A stretch of 64,000 nt of DNA from a virus. The stretch covers positions 3,942-67,941 of the IMG/VR virus record IMGVR_UViG_3300008954_000045. One strand, written 5' to 3'. The notes below the pieces were generated by a model that saw nothing but the letters and a program-made list of their open reading frames with translations, searched no databases and was not told the DNA's origin. The position numbers were made by a program, and so were the translations under genes. Positions 28,025-38,800 of this stretch are shown one piece after another. Position 1 is the first letter of the stretch. Every line of letters starts with the position of its first letter.

Positions 28025-30025
28025 CTAGAATCCGAATAGTAGTTGATATTGCTCTCGTTGTTCCGGTCCACGGGTAATTGGTCTCATATTCTGGAGATAT
28101 ATGATTTCACCGGAGTTGAACAAGAGTTCTGGTTCGCTAATGGTATTTATACGATGTGATGTGCTGGCGTATGCATCACTTCCAATATAATCATCAATTG
28201 ACATTGTTCCTTTTACGTTATTTATGATTAATTCTCCGGTTGTTCCGTCCGCCGAAGGAGTCCAAGACACACACAACCCTGTTGGTTGTCCAACACCTCC
28301 AGTTGGAGAATCGCCTCCTGTAACACCAACATCCACCGTAAATGAAGTCGTGTTGAGACCTGAACCACTAACACCCAAAATGTGTGTACATCTGAATGTT
28401 GGAGATTCAGCCTGAATTACTTCTTCAAAACCAGAAACCTTTGCTAATCCGCTGTGGTGTACTGTCCAATCATCACCAGAAAGACTAATTTCTGACAATT
28501 CCTCCCCAAATCCCGTTGCATCACCGGGGATGTGAAATTGACCGTTTAGGTTTTTGATTTTAAGTAACCCATGTCTTGTTGATAGAGCAGGTCCCCAACT
28601 TTCAATATATGCAGTTGATTTTGTGTGGTTGCCTATGATGTAATTTCCTGGCGTAAAAAGATTTTCAGGCAAGAAAGTCGAATCGGTAGCACTCACCACA
28701 TCGAGGTAACGAGAGACATTTGTTAATTGTCCTGCAATACGAAATGGTCGTCCGTTCGCATCAAGGTAATCTGAATCTGTGTCATTTAATATTGGATTCT
28801 TCAGTATTCCATATTGACGCAATTCAGAATCAATATGGAAATCTTCATTCTCTGTTTTATCTGCATTAACAGAAATCAGAATATTGTTGCATTGAAGTTC
28901 TTGTATGGCATCGCTGCCGTGACCACCAACAGGAGATACAATTCCTCGAAATGTCGGATCTTCTGCATCGTTGGTAGTTACGCCTGCTGGTTCTAATGCA
29001 AACCAAGAATCTGTATAATGCTTGCCTGGGTTAGACACAGAGATGGATTTGATTTTTCTGTTTGCTGTAATACCATCCCAATCTACCATATTAATGTAAG
29101 CATCGCATGATATCCCATCACCATATACTCTAAACCTTGGAGCAATTTCATATTTGGAATTTGCTAGTACTGCTTGTTCTAATCCACCATCGAATGATAT
29201 GGTGTTTGTTGCATTATCATAATCGGTGATTATACGTCTTTGCCCAGCACCAATACCGTCAATAATTGTAATCACATATCCATTATACGCATCGTCAGAA
29301 TCCTGATGCGCAGAATTCAATTCGATTGTCGTTGCTCCAACTATTGAGGTAGATGCAACCTTTGCGTCTGGTCTGTGTCTTACAATAATCTGATCATTAT
29401 TAAAATACTTTTCAGTAGTTTCTAGAATAATTTCAAGACCACCATCATATGCATTTTCCTGTACATCCCATTGGTTTTTACTTTCAATAAATGTGCCGTT
29501 CGATTTCATTTTACGAACAGGGATGTGGTTTTCGGTGATATATGGTCTTGCTGCTGGAGTGATGGTATACATATACTTCCAAATATACCCGTCTGCCAGC
29601 ATTATTGTTCCTTCTGTTTTGGTTCCAGTGGGTTTGATGGTTGATGATTGACCATCATTATTCCATAAACATTTGTATACATGATGTTCATCAGTCATTA
29701 TAAAAAATGTTTTGCTGGATAATGTTATGTTATCATCATACTTGTCATATACTGTTCCATATGTCCAGTTCGTTCTGTCAATCATATAATGGGATTGACC
29801 GATGTCGATACTTTTTACTGCAACAACATTTCGCCAAGTGTCGATATCTTCTTGACGGGTATCTGTAGTGTCTGGAATACTATCATTTATCGTCCATCCG
29901 TCCGTTTTTCCCACGAAAAGAAAATATTGGTTAGGTGATGTAATATCAAACTCATCCATTATTGTTTTGGATAAATGACGCCGGAAACCATCTCTAAATG
30001 CTGAATTGTCGCCTGTTAATGCCAT
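28025..30025 (-). CDS. gp8: baseplate wedge subunit
   Basis: NWTYGTVYDKYDD, VYKCLWN, DGYIWKYMY, SGEIIYLQNMRPITR...Q.E. Confidence 0.9.
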   Translation of the reverse strand: MALTGDNSAFRDGFRRHLSKTIMDEFDITSPNQYFLFVGKTDGWTINDSIPDTTDTRQEDIDTWRNVVAVKSIDIGQSHYMIDRTNWTYGTVYDKYDDNITLSSKTFFIMTDEHHVYKCLWNNDGQSSTIKPTGTKTEGTIMLADGYIWKYMYTITPAARPYITENHIPVRKMKSNGTFIESKNQWDVQENAYDGGLEIILETTEKYFNNDQIIVRHRPDAKVASTSIVGATTIELNSAHQDSDDAYNGYVITIIDGIGAGQRRIITDYDNATNTISFDGGLEQAVLANSKYEIAPRFRVYGDGISCDAYINMVDWDGITANRKIKSISVSNPGKHYTDSWFALEPAGVTTNDAEDPTFRGIVSPVGGHGSDAIQELQCNNILISVNADKTENEDFHIDSELRQYGILKNPILNDTDSDYLDANGRPFRIAGQLTNVSRYLDVVSATDSTFLPENLFTPGNYIIGNHTKSTAYIESWGPALSTRHGLLKIKNLNGQFHIPGDATGFGEELSEISLSGDDWTVHHSGLAKVSGFEEVIQAESPTFRCTHILGVSGSGLNTTSFTVDVGVTGGDSPTGGVGQPTGLCVSWTPSADGTTGELIINNVKGTMSIDDYIGSDAYASTSHRINTISEPELLFNSGEIIYLQNMRPITRGPEQREQYQLLFGF

Positions 30026-30027
30026 TC

Positions 30028-31836
30028 TTATATCGTTCCGTAGTTAATAACGCTTGAAGTAATGATACCGCCGGTTATGTTGATTGGTGATTCTATCTGG
30101 AGAAATGGTTGAATTTCTACACTAGTAAAAGTAATTCCTTCTGGTATACTATCTATACCTCTTATGTTGGGGTGCGGATAAATAACCCAATATGATCCAT
30201 TCTCGTCGAAGTCTCCGGCATCTGCTGTTCCAACAAAACTATATGCTGCTGATGCACCCGAAAAACCATCGAGGAAAAACACACCCTCACTCAAATACCA
30301 CATTGGACCTGTGGTTCCGGGATCCCAAGTGCCACCAATTCCTAAATCGTATGCGAAAGTATTACCGGCTGTTATGCTATCACTCTGTGCTGTTCGTCCC
30401 GCATAATCGTTATAAACCAAACCCCAAAATATAGCATCTCTGGCAGTTGCACCAGTATGATCTTCATTTCCTGATTCATCAACTGTAGGTTCGCTTGGGT
30501 TATATCCAAATGGATATAAATCCGTCCCCTGTGTATTATGTCTTAAGTTTTCTTTTGTGTTGAATGTGTATGGCGTATAATGACCAAGGGTGGACATTTC
30601 ATATGCAACTGCCGATGTGTATGTTTCTGTGTTGGTTGGGTGTAGTTTCTTGATAAAGATTTGATTGAATAGTTGTGTACCGGCGGGATGTATCAGATCA
30701 AGGATTGCTGCCTTGTATTTCTCTATAGTGATGTCCGTTTTGAGTTCGTATGACCAATCTTGATAGAAAAAGTTGTCTTGGAGGTGTTTCTTTGCACTCG
30801 GATGACCGGAACCATCAATAAAGTATCCGGGATGTTCAAATATTGCTCCTGATGAAGCAGTAAATCCTGCACCAGTTCCCGTAAGGGTATGTACATTATA
30901 TGTAAAAGAATCAGAAGAACGATAGCCTACCCCACTATCACTAAGTTTGATACTAGAAACCCCACCATTATTGTTTACAGAAGAAATTGTTCCTCTTGCA
31001 CCAGAACCGTTTGTGCTAGAGATATAAATTTGATCTCCTGCTTTATAACCACGACCGTTTTCACTTATTCCTTCATCGTTAACATTTACCATTACTGATG
31101 ATAGAACAGGATATATCAATTCTTCGTTACCAGATTCAAAAGACACAACACCATCCGGGACAAAAGTACCATTCAAATCTGTTAAGAACAATTCAGCAAC
31201 AGTCAGTTTGTGATGTTCATATTTACGAACATTTGTTACCTTTGCATTTGCAATAAATTCACCGGCTTTATTCGTTTGTGTAACTATAGTTTCTGGTGAA
31301 TTCCAAATGTCGTTATCGGAAAGAGATGTAATTTTGATACTTTTTTCATCTATCCATTTACCGTCAGATGCTTTGATGATATCTGTTTTTGGGTAATAGA
31401 AATCTACGGTGGTGTCGTATAAAATTCGGAATAAGAGTTGATATGCTTTTTCTGTCCCTTTTGCTTTGTAAAAATCTTTGATTCTTTTGATTAGACGTTT
31501 TTCGTTTACAGCAGCGCCAGTTTCGTGATCATATGCTAATTTTTCGGGAAAACGATCAAGATATTGTGATTTGAAGTGTTTGATAAATTCATCTATGGTT
31601 TGATCTATATCAGAAAAATCTTTGAGTATGAATGTACTATAAAGAGTTTCGTCTTTCTGTTCCATCCATTCATAATAGGCTTCCATAAAAGCAACCGTTC
31701 GTGGATGATCGATCCGAATGAATTCTGGAAATTGTTCTGATACTAAAGACGATATCGAAACGATATTGTCCTTTTTACTAATTGTGTCCCGTGTTGGTAG
31801 GGGAACAGAATTTGCTTGGAGTATCAGTAATGGCAT
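30028..31836 (-). CDS. baseplate wedge protein (gp7-like)
   Basis: QFPEFIR..FMEAYYEWME, IKDFYKAKGTEKAY..LFRILY, LQDNFFYQDWSY, LIHPAGT. Confidence 0.8.
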   Translation of the reverse strand: MPLLILQANSVPLPTRDTISKKDNIVSISSLVSEQFPEFIRIDHPRTVAFMEAYYEWMEQKDETLYSTFILKDFSDIDQTIDEFIKHFKSQYLDRFPEKLAYDHETGAAVNEKRLIKRIKDFYKAKGTEKAYQLLFRILYDTTVDFYYPKTDIIKASDGKWIDEKSIKITSLSDNDIWNSPETIVTQTNKAGEFIANAKVTNVRKYEHHKLTVAELFLTDLNGTFVPDGVVSFESGNEELIYPVLSSVMVNVNDEGISENGRGYKAGDQIYISSTNGSGARGTISSVNNNGGVSSIKLSDSGVGYRSSDSFTYNVHTLTGTGAGFTASSGAIFEHPGYFIDGSGHPSAKKHLQDNFFYQDWSYELKTDITIEKYKAAILDLIHPAGTQLFNQIFIKKLHPTNTETYTSAVAYEMSTLGHYTPYTFNTKENLRHNTQGTDLYPFGYNPSEPTVDESGNEDHTGATARDAIFWGLVYNDYAGRTAQSDSITAGNTFAYDLGIGGTWDPGTTGPMWYLSEGVFFLDGFSGASAAYSFVGTADAGDFDENGSYWVIYPHPNIRGIDSIPEGITFTSVEIQPFLQIESPINITGGIITSSVINYGTI

Positions 31837-31840
31837 TTAT

Positions 31841-33700
31841 TCAGACCAAATCAGTATTTGTGCTGATCCCTGGTCTTCCCCTAGAAGTTTCAAGAATAGT
31901 TTTTGCTTCGGTGATTATCGACTCTGGGTCGGAATTGTCTATAGTTAGAATCTGTTTCTGTGTAGCAAAAATGTTGTTATTTTTTGGTGTAGTGTTAACT
32001 TTAATGAAGGTGTTATTCGGAATGAATAGTGGTCTAAAATCTTTGAGTGAGATTAATCCTTCTTTATAATCAACAGTACCAGCATTAGCGTAAAGTATTT
32101 CTTTTTTCATTGTATTGTCAAATGAATATATTCTCATGTTCCCATATCCATCATCTTCAAAATAACATAGACGGATTGCATTGCTGTCATCTTTATAAAC
32201 AAAGACACTGCTAGAAATAATTGGTTGATCGCCGTCTCTGTGGTGTTGAATAGAATTTCCAAATGGAATTTTATAATTCGCTTCGGTACCAACCCGTGGG
32301 ACAAATCTTTTTTCTATTTTTATTGATATCTCGTTCCCAACAATAGCATCACTACTTAGATCAATGATCTTGCTTAATTTCGAGAAGTAAAGATCCTTGT
32401 CGAATTTTTCAAGATCCACAGAAACATAATCTAGGACAGATTGACGAACAATTGAAACCATTTCATTTTTTGCCAAGACAGTCATTGATGAATCGTATGT
32501 GAATTTGGTGTGTATTTTTATAAAAGTATAGTCTGGATCGACGATTTCGGGGATAACCGAAACAATATTTGATTTCTTGAGAATGTTTTCTGAGATGTTT
32601 TGTTTTTTAACCAAATCAATTGTTAGTCCGCTTTTTGGTTTGACAGCAATAAAAACTTTTCCGTACTCTGGTGGATCATTTTCTTGACCACCCCACACCA
32701 CAACAGATTCAATGTCGGGATAATCTCGAAGCAACAGTGCTTCATAATCTCTTGGTGTTACTGATCGGTTTTGTGCTTGATATGCTTTGGGTGCGTAAAA
32801 TTTGATTGAGTTGTTTGTTTCTGGATCACCGCCTCCAGCAGCAGCAGTTACTACCTTCACAACGGTATCACTATACTGAAATATTCTAGAACCTTCTTTG
32901 TCCGTTCTACCAAAACCATTAGCAGAACTTCCTGTAGTGCTTAGATATTCAACGATTACCACATTACCATTTTGTGGTTTTTTTCCTACGATACCATCAC
33001 CAAAGTATACTTCATATTCACCAAGAGAAACTTCTTGAATGTGAAAGGCTTTATCGTCTTTTTCGATAGTGTTGAAGTCAGATGACAGTTGCCATTTCTC
33101 TGAAAATCCTGTAATGTCTTCAATGGATTCTTGTACTCGTACCGAAACAGTAGTAATGTCTGCGGTTGAAGGTATTAAGAATTTTTGATCGACGTTGCTA
33201 TCAACCACATATGAGATATTTTCAAATTTTCCTTCTGCAATTGTGATGTTGAGTGCAGCAAGGTTTCCTTCTGCATCATATGTGTATGATGCATCATCAA
33301 GTGTAGAAAATGTCATTGTGGAACTTCCTTGAGTTCCTTGTATCATTGTTCCTTTTGATATGGTATCACCAAATGTCTGTGATCCTGTAGCATAAAAATC
33401 TACAGTTGCAGATGCTGCACGAACGGATGATGGTGTATATCCTAAATGTTTTGCAATAGAAACGATAGAGTTTCGCTTTAAGGCGCTATCTAAAAACATT
33501 TCATTTGCTACCATATTCGTATAAAATGCTTGGTAGTGTGTGTTGTATGCAAGGAGGTCCATTAGGATATTAATACCAGAACCTTCAAAGTTTATGTCTT
33601 TAAATTCGTCTTGTTTGCTTAGATATTCTTTAAGATTTGCTTTGATTGAATCAAAATCTAAATCAGACACAGACAACCTTGCATTAAATTTGTCAGCCAT
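31841..33700 (-). CDS. gp6: baseplate wedge subunit
   Basis: LDFDSIKANLK, FEGSG...LMDLLAYNTHY, NEMFLDSA, QNRSVT..DY, PPEYGKVFI. Confidence 0.96.
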   Translation of the reverse strand: MADKFNARLSVSDLDFDSIKANLKEYLSKQDEFKDINFEGSGINILMDLLAYNTHYQAFYTNMVANEMFLDSALKRNSIVSIAKHLGYTPSSVRAASATVDFYATGSQTFGDTISKGTMIQGTQGSSTMTFSTLDDASYTYDAEGNLAALNITIAEGKFENISYVVDSNVDQKFLIPSTADITTVSVRVQESIEDITGFSEKWQLSSDFNTIEKDDKAFHIQEVSLGEYEVYFGDGIVGKKPQNGNVVIVEYLSTTGSSANGFGRTDKEGSRIFQYSDTVVKVVTAAAGGGDPETNNSIKFYAPKAYQAQNRSVTPRDYEALLLRDYPDIESVVVWGGQENDPPEYGKVFIAVKPKSGLTIDLVKKQNISENILKKSNIVSVIPEIVDPDYTFIKIHTKFTYDSSMTVLAKNEMVSIVRQSVLDYVSVDLEKFDKDLYFSKLSKIIDLSSDAIVGNEISIKIEKRFVPRVGTEANYKIPFGNSIQHHRDGDQPIISSSVFVYKDDSNAIRLCYFEDDGYGNMRIYSFDNTMKKEILYANAGTVDYKEGLISLKDFRPLFIPNNTFIKVNTTPKNNNIFATQKQILTIDNSDPESIITEAKTILETSRGRPGISTNTDLV

Positions 33701-34086
33701 TATCGTACCCTCTTTATTGGAAGTGCAAGTGTCTGTAGGGTTGGAATCCCTCTAACCTTGAACTCGATAGTAACATCAAGTCTATTTTGATCATCATTCT
33801 GTATTACTGTTACTTTTTCTATGATTGCCCTGGGTTCGTAGAATCCAATGATTTCTTCGATTTCCTTTTTTATCTCGAACGAAGTGAGTGAGGTAAAATT
33901 ATCGAAGAGAATATGACGAACCTTTGATTGAATTTCTGGATGAAATGGTTTATCAAATTTACCAATAAAGACAAGATTGCGAATAGATCGCTTCACCGCT
34001 TCGGTGTCAAATTTATATGATATGTCCCCGGTAATTGGATGCGGTTCTAAATCTAAATCGATATCGGAATATTTTTTTTCTGCCAT
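33700..34086 (-). CDS. gp25: baseplate wedge subunit
   Basis: YSDIDL...PHP.TGDI, AVKRSIRNL, PFHPEI, YEPR. Confidence 0.93.
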   Translation of the reverse strand: MAEKKYSDIDLDLEPHPITGDISYKFDTEAVKRSIRNLVFIGKFDKPFHPEIQSKVRHILFDNFTSLTSFEIKKEIEEIIGFYEPRAIIEKVTVIQNDDQNRLDVTIEFKVRGIPTLQTLALPIKRVR

Positions 34087-34092
34087 TGTATT

Positions 34093-34752
34093 CTATGTAT
34101 TCTGTGCTGCTAACTCAGCCTCAATATATCTTCGTTTTTCTTCTGACATCGTAACAACATCTTCTTCTATCACTTCGTCTGCTTTCATCCAAGAACACCA
34201 CTCAATAGACAAGCATCCAATAACACTCAATCCACTAGCATTTCTAATCGGCATCAAGGAAAACAGCACCACATTATTTGATTCGAGGTGTCTCTTATAA
34301 TGACAATCGGGTAAATGACTAACAAGGAAGGGGGTTGCATCATTTGCAGTTACGAAATCGAGCATCTCTGCAAACATTGTAAGAAGGACATCTTGGCGAT
34401 CTTGCCTAGTTTCTGAAACTCCAGATCTGCAAGATTCGTGTGTAAGAGAGAACCGTTTCATTGCAGTCCCATCAAGAAACGTACCACCATTGTGGAATTG
34501 TAATATTTGTGTTCGGGCAGAACTAGTAACTACACGAAGTTCTGTGAGGTATTCGTGTATTTTTGTGTGCGTGTTTACAAATTTTCGGGATGTTGGAGGT
34601 TCCTTCCATATCGTATTTTTTTTCTTTCTCTTGTTATATACATGTTTAATGAGCGGAAGTGCTAAAAACACCCCCGCTATCAGTGCTGCCCCCGCCATTC
34701 CAATTTCTACCCAAGATCCCAAGATATCGATGTCTCCTATCCGATTCGCCAT
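34093..34752 (-). CDS. single-TM membrane protein with GAF-like C-terminal domain (possible holin T-like)
   Basis: One hydrophobic helix GMAGAALIAGVFLALPLI followed by a basic patch, then ILQFHNGG.F..G....FS.THE. Confidence 0.5.
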   Translation of the reverse strand: MANRIGDIDILGSWVEIGMAGAALIAGVFLALPLIKHVYNKRKKKNTIWKEPPTSRKFVNTHTKIHEYLTELRVVTSSARTQILQFHNGGTFLDGTAMKRFSLTHESCRSGVSETRQDRQDVLLTMFAEMLDFVTANDATPFLVSHLPDCHYKRHLESNNVVLFSLMPIRNASGLSVIGCLSIEWCSWMKADEVIEEDVVTMSEEKRRYIEAELAAQNT

Positions 34753-34779
34753 ACACTTCTACCTTAATGTTGTATAATC

Positions 34780-34787
34780 TATGTATA
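34780..34787 (-). promoter_or_regulatory. putative late promoter TATACATA
   Basis: Octamer in the gap between the PAAR gene and the 34752 ORF. Confidence 0.7.
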
Positions 34788-34795
34788 AAAGAGAT

Positions 34796-35083
34796 TTACC
34801 CATTTGCAATCACATTGGGAGAATGTGTAGCACATCTTGATCCACAGCATACCGGATCTCCCTTCCGCCCAACTTTTAGTTTGTTTGCAAATACATCTGG
34901 TGATCCGTCACACAAAACAGAACCGTGACATGGAGGACCACAACAATGCACTGCCCACGAATCTGTTACTCTGTGTACTGGTATGTTGTTTGCAAATACA
35001 TTTGGTGATCCTTGATTGCTGGGTCTTGGAGGATAGCAATCGTGTCCTGTTCCGATATCGCCTTTTCTGTGAACGTGTGGCAT
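34796..35083 (-). CDS. gp5.4: PAAR-domain spike tip protein (gp5.4-like)
   Basis: PHVHRKGD..GHDC, GSPNVFAN.IPVHRV.D, H..GSP.VFAN..VGRKGD..CGS. Confidence 0.92.
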   Translation of the reverse strand: MPHVHRKGDIGTGHDCYPPRPSNQGSPNVFANNIPVHRVTDSWAVHCCGPPCHGSVLCDGSPDVFANKLKVGRKGDPVCCGSRCATHSPNVIANG

Positions 35084-35796
35084 TACCCATAACTCCTTAT
35101 GATTGCTTTACCGTCGCCCCCCGCAGCCCCCCAATCCCCCACTACACTACCCCCACCACCACCGCCGCCGGGCTGACTTCCATCACTTGCTGGTCCAGTG
35201 GACGGTGGGGTTCCATCTGCTCCACCTCCACCAGCACCACCGTTTGGATCGGCGCCATCCCCACCATCACCCCCATCGTTTCCTTGATAATTTTCGCCAA
35301 CATTTCCATTTGTGTTGGTATCCCCACCAGAAGCAATTCCCGCATCTCCGCCTGCACCACCACTTTTTCCCATTTGTCCACCCCCACCACCACCAGCAGT
35401 TACAGAAAACGAAGTGATGGTTGAAAGTAGTCTTTTATGGGATGTCAAACTAGAATCACCCCCATCATATCCATCTTGATTTTCGGTTTGTTGTGCTGTG
35501 GCCGCAGCACCAACATTAAAGTTGATTGTGTCTCCCGTTTGCATGTTACCTGCACCATAATATGTGGTTTTACAGTAAGCACCCCCACCACCACCGCCGC
35601 CACTATAATGAGTTACCGATCTACCACCGCCGGTGGTGCTTCTCGATGCACCTTCACCACCAGCACCCCACAATTCTAACTCAATATACAGTGTACCAAG
35701 AGGAACACTATACGCAACATTTCCCGATGTTGTGTAGGTTTGTTCATCTATCAATTGATATTCTCTGGTACTTGCTGCTCGTCCGATCCCTAACAT
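35083..35796 (-). CDS. glycine-rich protein (fibre-tip adhesin-like)
   Basis: Start MLGIGR at 35796 with GGAG RBS; ELWGAGG, GGGGGGAY, PGGGGGG, GGDGK.II motifs. Confidence 0.75.
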   Translation of the reverse strand: MLGIGRAASTREYQLIDEQTYTTSGNVAYSVPLGTLYIELELWGAGGEGASRSTTGGGRSVTHYSGGGGGGGAYCKTTYYGAGNMQTGDTINFNVGAAATAQQTENQDGYDGGDSSLTSHKRLLSTITSFSVTAGGGGGGQMGKSGGAGGDAGIASGGDTNTNGNVGENYQGNDGGDGGDGADPNGGAGGGGADGTPPSTGPASDGSQPGGGGGGGSVVGDWGAAGGDGKAIIRSYG

Positions 35797-35803
35797 ATTT
35801 CTC

Positions 35804-38800
35804 CTAACTGAAATCTTGTCCACCGACAAATCCATAGTAGGTGGATCCACCATCAACCGTCAAGAATGTCACAATATCTAGTCTGTTTGAAAATGTTGGT
35901 TCAATTCCGCCTGCCCACATTATAGTATCTGTGTTTCCAACTGCCGCACACCCATTACAAAATAGACAATCATCATATGTGATAGATGCTCCGTTTTCAA
36001 CATACATCGTTAGTGTTCCTACCGTCCCAGAATCCGGGGCGTTGTACAACCAAATTGCGCAATTTGGTGGGAATTGTGGAACACTATATTCAGATAGATG
36101 TGCGTTGCCATCTTCAAAGTTCATAAAGATATTACCAGAAGCGGGGGTGTTTACTGCAATAGAAGTATCTTTAAGTGTTGCTTCGTGAATGGTATTATCT
36201 TGTATACTACCAAATACTTCACCAATGTTGTACCATGCTCCTATCTGTATATCATTATTGAAATTTACAGAAGCAGTAATACCAACTAAATTGTAATTTA
36301 CATCAAATGTAAAATCTGATGTACCGCCAATTGTACCATTTTCGTTGTATATGATTTTATGCACAGAATCAGAATCGTCGTTGGGGGTGGGGGCTGGTCC
36401 AGTAGGTCCAACAGGAGGAGTTGTTGCAATCTCCCATTTGTTGTTGTCTGTATATACAAGAGTATCACCGTCCACTGCACCTGAAATATCATCTGAAACA
36501 TCAACAATCTCATTTAAATACAAATCATCAACAGATATTCTGATAATGTTTTTCGCTTCATTTGTATCTAATTTGATATTAGAACCAGCCACGAATGTGA
36601 TTATTCCTGAGTTTCCAATAAATCCATCTGAGGAGATTGATGCAGTAAGAGAACCCTTGATTATTTGGGTCGTTGATACTGCGCTTTCAAAGTTTGGTTT
36701 ACCCAGTTCTTTAGAATCTATCAATTCGGCTCTTGAATATTTAAACGAAAAATTAGTAAGTGGTTCTGTAAAATCATATAGTTTGATTTTTTCGTTTGTG
36801 TGGAAATTGACAATTTGAAAGTTTACATCAGCCTGTACTAACTCAACCGGATCTGGTACGATTGGGATATCTTTGGACAGTTCTGCATCTGTTCCGAGTA
36901 TGTCATTTATGCTTCTTGGTGGTGATAGAGGATTACCACCACCGGAACAATCCGCGTCAGTTAGTCTATCACAGGGGCACGATCCATCGAACGATTGACA
37001 TGGATAACCATATTCGTGATGACAATAATCTATACAATCTCCATTTAAATTTTCCCCACATTCAATACATCTCTGGCAACCCAAACAAACACAAGCATCA
37101 TCACAGCAGTCCATATCGTCGCACGGGCATATGCAACAATTTGGCTCGATGCACGGATTCTCATTATCTCTGCATTCAAAATCTTTGCATAAGTACGTAG
37201 GAAGATTGTAGCCGCATTGCCCGCCGTCTCCTATCTGTACACCACATGGTACAATAAAAGTAGTGTTACATTCAAGATTAGCGCACGGATTTTCGCAACA
37301 TGAACAAGTGACGGTAACATTACCATCGACACTGTACTCAGAAGAACACCCATTCCACTCATTATTAGCCTGACAATAATACCTCCAATCACAATCTAGT
37401 TTTCCGTTCGCTCCCATTACTCCCCCTGCTGTGTATGCCCACACATATCCACCACCGCCAGGACATAAGTCTTTTATTTGCGCCTGCACACTGAGGCAGT
37501 CACACGGACAGCCGGGACCATCGCCATTTCCCTGCGGATCTAAACCAACAGGACATCCTAACAGAGGTCTTCTATAACCACGAACTTCCCCATCTTCACA
37601 ATATTCGTCCGCTGGGGCTATGTGTTGGCAACACCCATAGTCACTACCGACTGGATTATCACTAGTTCCACAGCAATAAAGAGAACATTTCCCACCACAA
37701 CAGGATGTTTGTTGTTCTTCACCTGTACATGGGTTGTAGATCTTCGGGCAAGGGCACACATCATCACCACAAGGCGGGCTCAAGGGCGGCATAGTTCCAT
37801 CATCATTCTTCGGACAGCACTTTTCGTTGGGGTACGGGCCTGGGGGACCATCATAACTAAAACAAAAAGCAGTGTCGAACGGGCAACACTGGAAATTACA
37901 GCACTCAGCCTCGTCTACTGTACCACAACACGGTCCGGGGGTATTTACGTCGGCACAACAAATCCAATTATCTGGACAACAACCACAGGAAGGCCAGCAA
38001 TTATCATTTTCATTACAACATTCAGCCCGAATCAGGCCTGATTCGGGCTCACAACAAAATTCAGCAAGCGAACAACAGGATCTATCATCACAACAACCAC
38101 TGCTAGTTTCTAGGTTGCAAGGGCACCTATCTCCACAACATTCTGACTCAGCCGCCTCTTCAGGCGGACAACAATCATCACCACAACAATAAAAATGATC
38201 AGGGCAGCACTCTCCACTACAACAATAATACATGTCTTCACAACAGATATCACCACAACAATCCTGAGTGTCAGGGCAACACCCACCTCCACAGCATTGT
38301 GATCCAGCAGTACAGCACATATCACCACAACATTCTGCATCTGATGGACAACATGTATTACCACAGCATTGCGGGCAACAACTACCATCGTCACAACATT
38401 CTGTTTCGGGTGGGCAAGGAGGCACACACAACGGTGGTGGACAATATTCACATATTCCATTAACACAACATAAATCAGTACCAACACAATCACTTGATGT
38501 GTCACATTCAGGGCAGGGTGGTGGTTTACATATACCATCACAACAAATTTCACCCCTTAATACACAATGAATGTTTTCCGTACATGCACCACAATGGGTA
38601 ATGTCACAGGTTGCATTATCACCTTTATATTCACCACCATAAAATAAACATTGGTCGTGTGTTGTTTCAATGCAAGCATCAATGGCCATTGACTCACATG
38701 ACGTAGATGGTAAACAACACGCCCCCAAAATTAGTGGTGCTTGATCACATTGTTCATAGTCACAATATCCAGCAGGACCTGGAACTCCAAAATTACCAAT

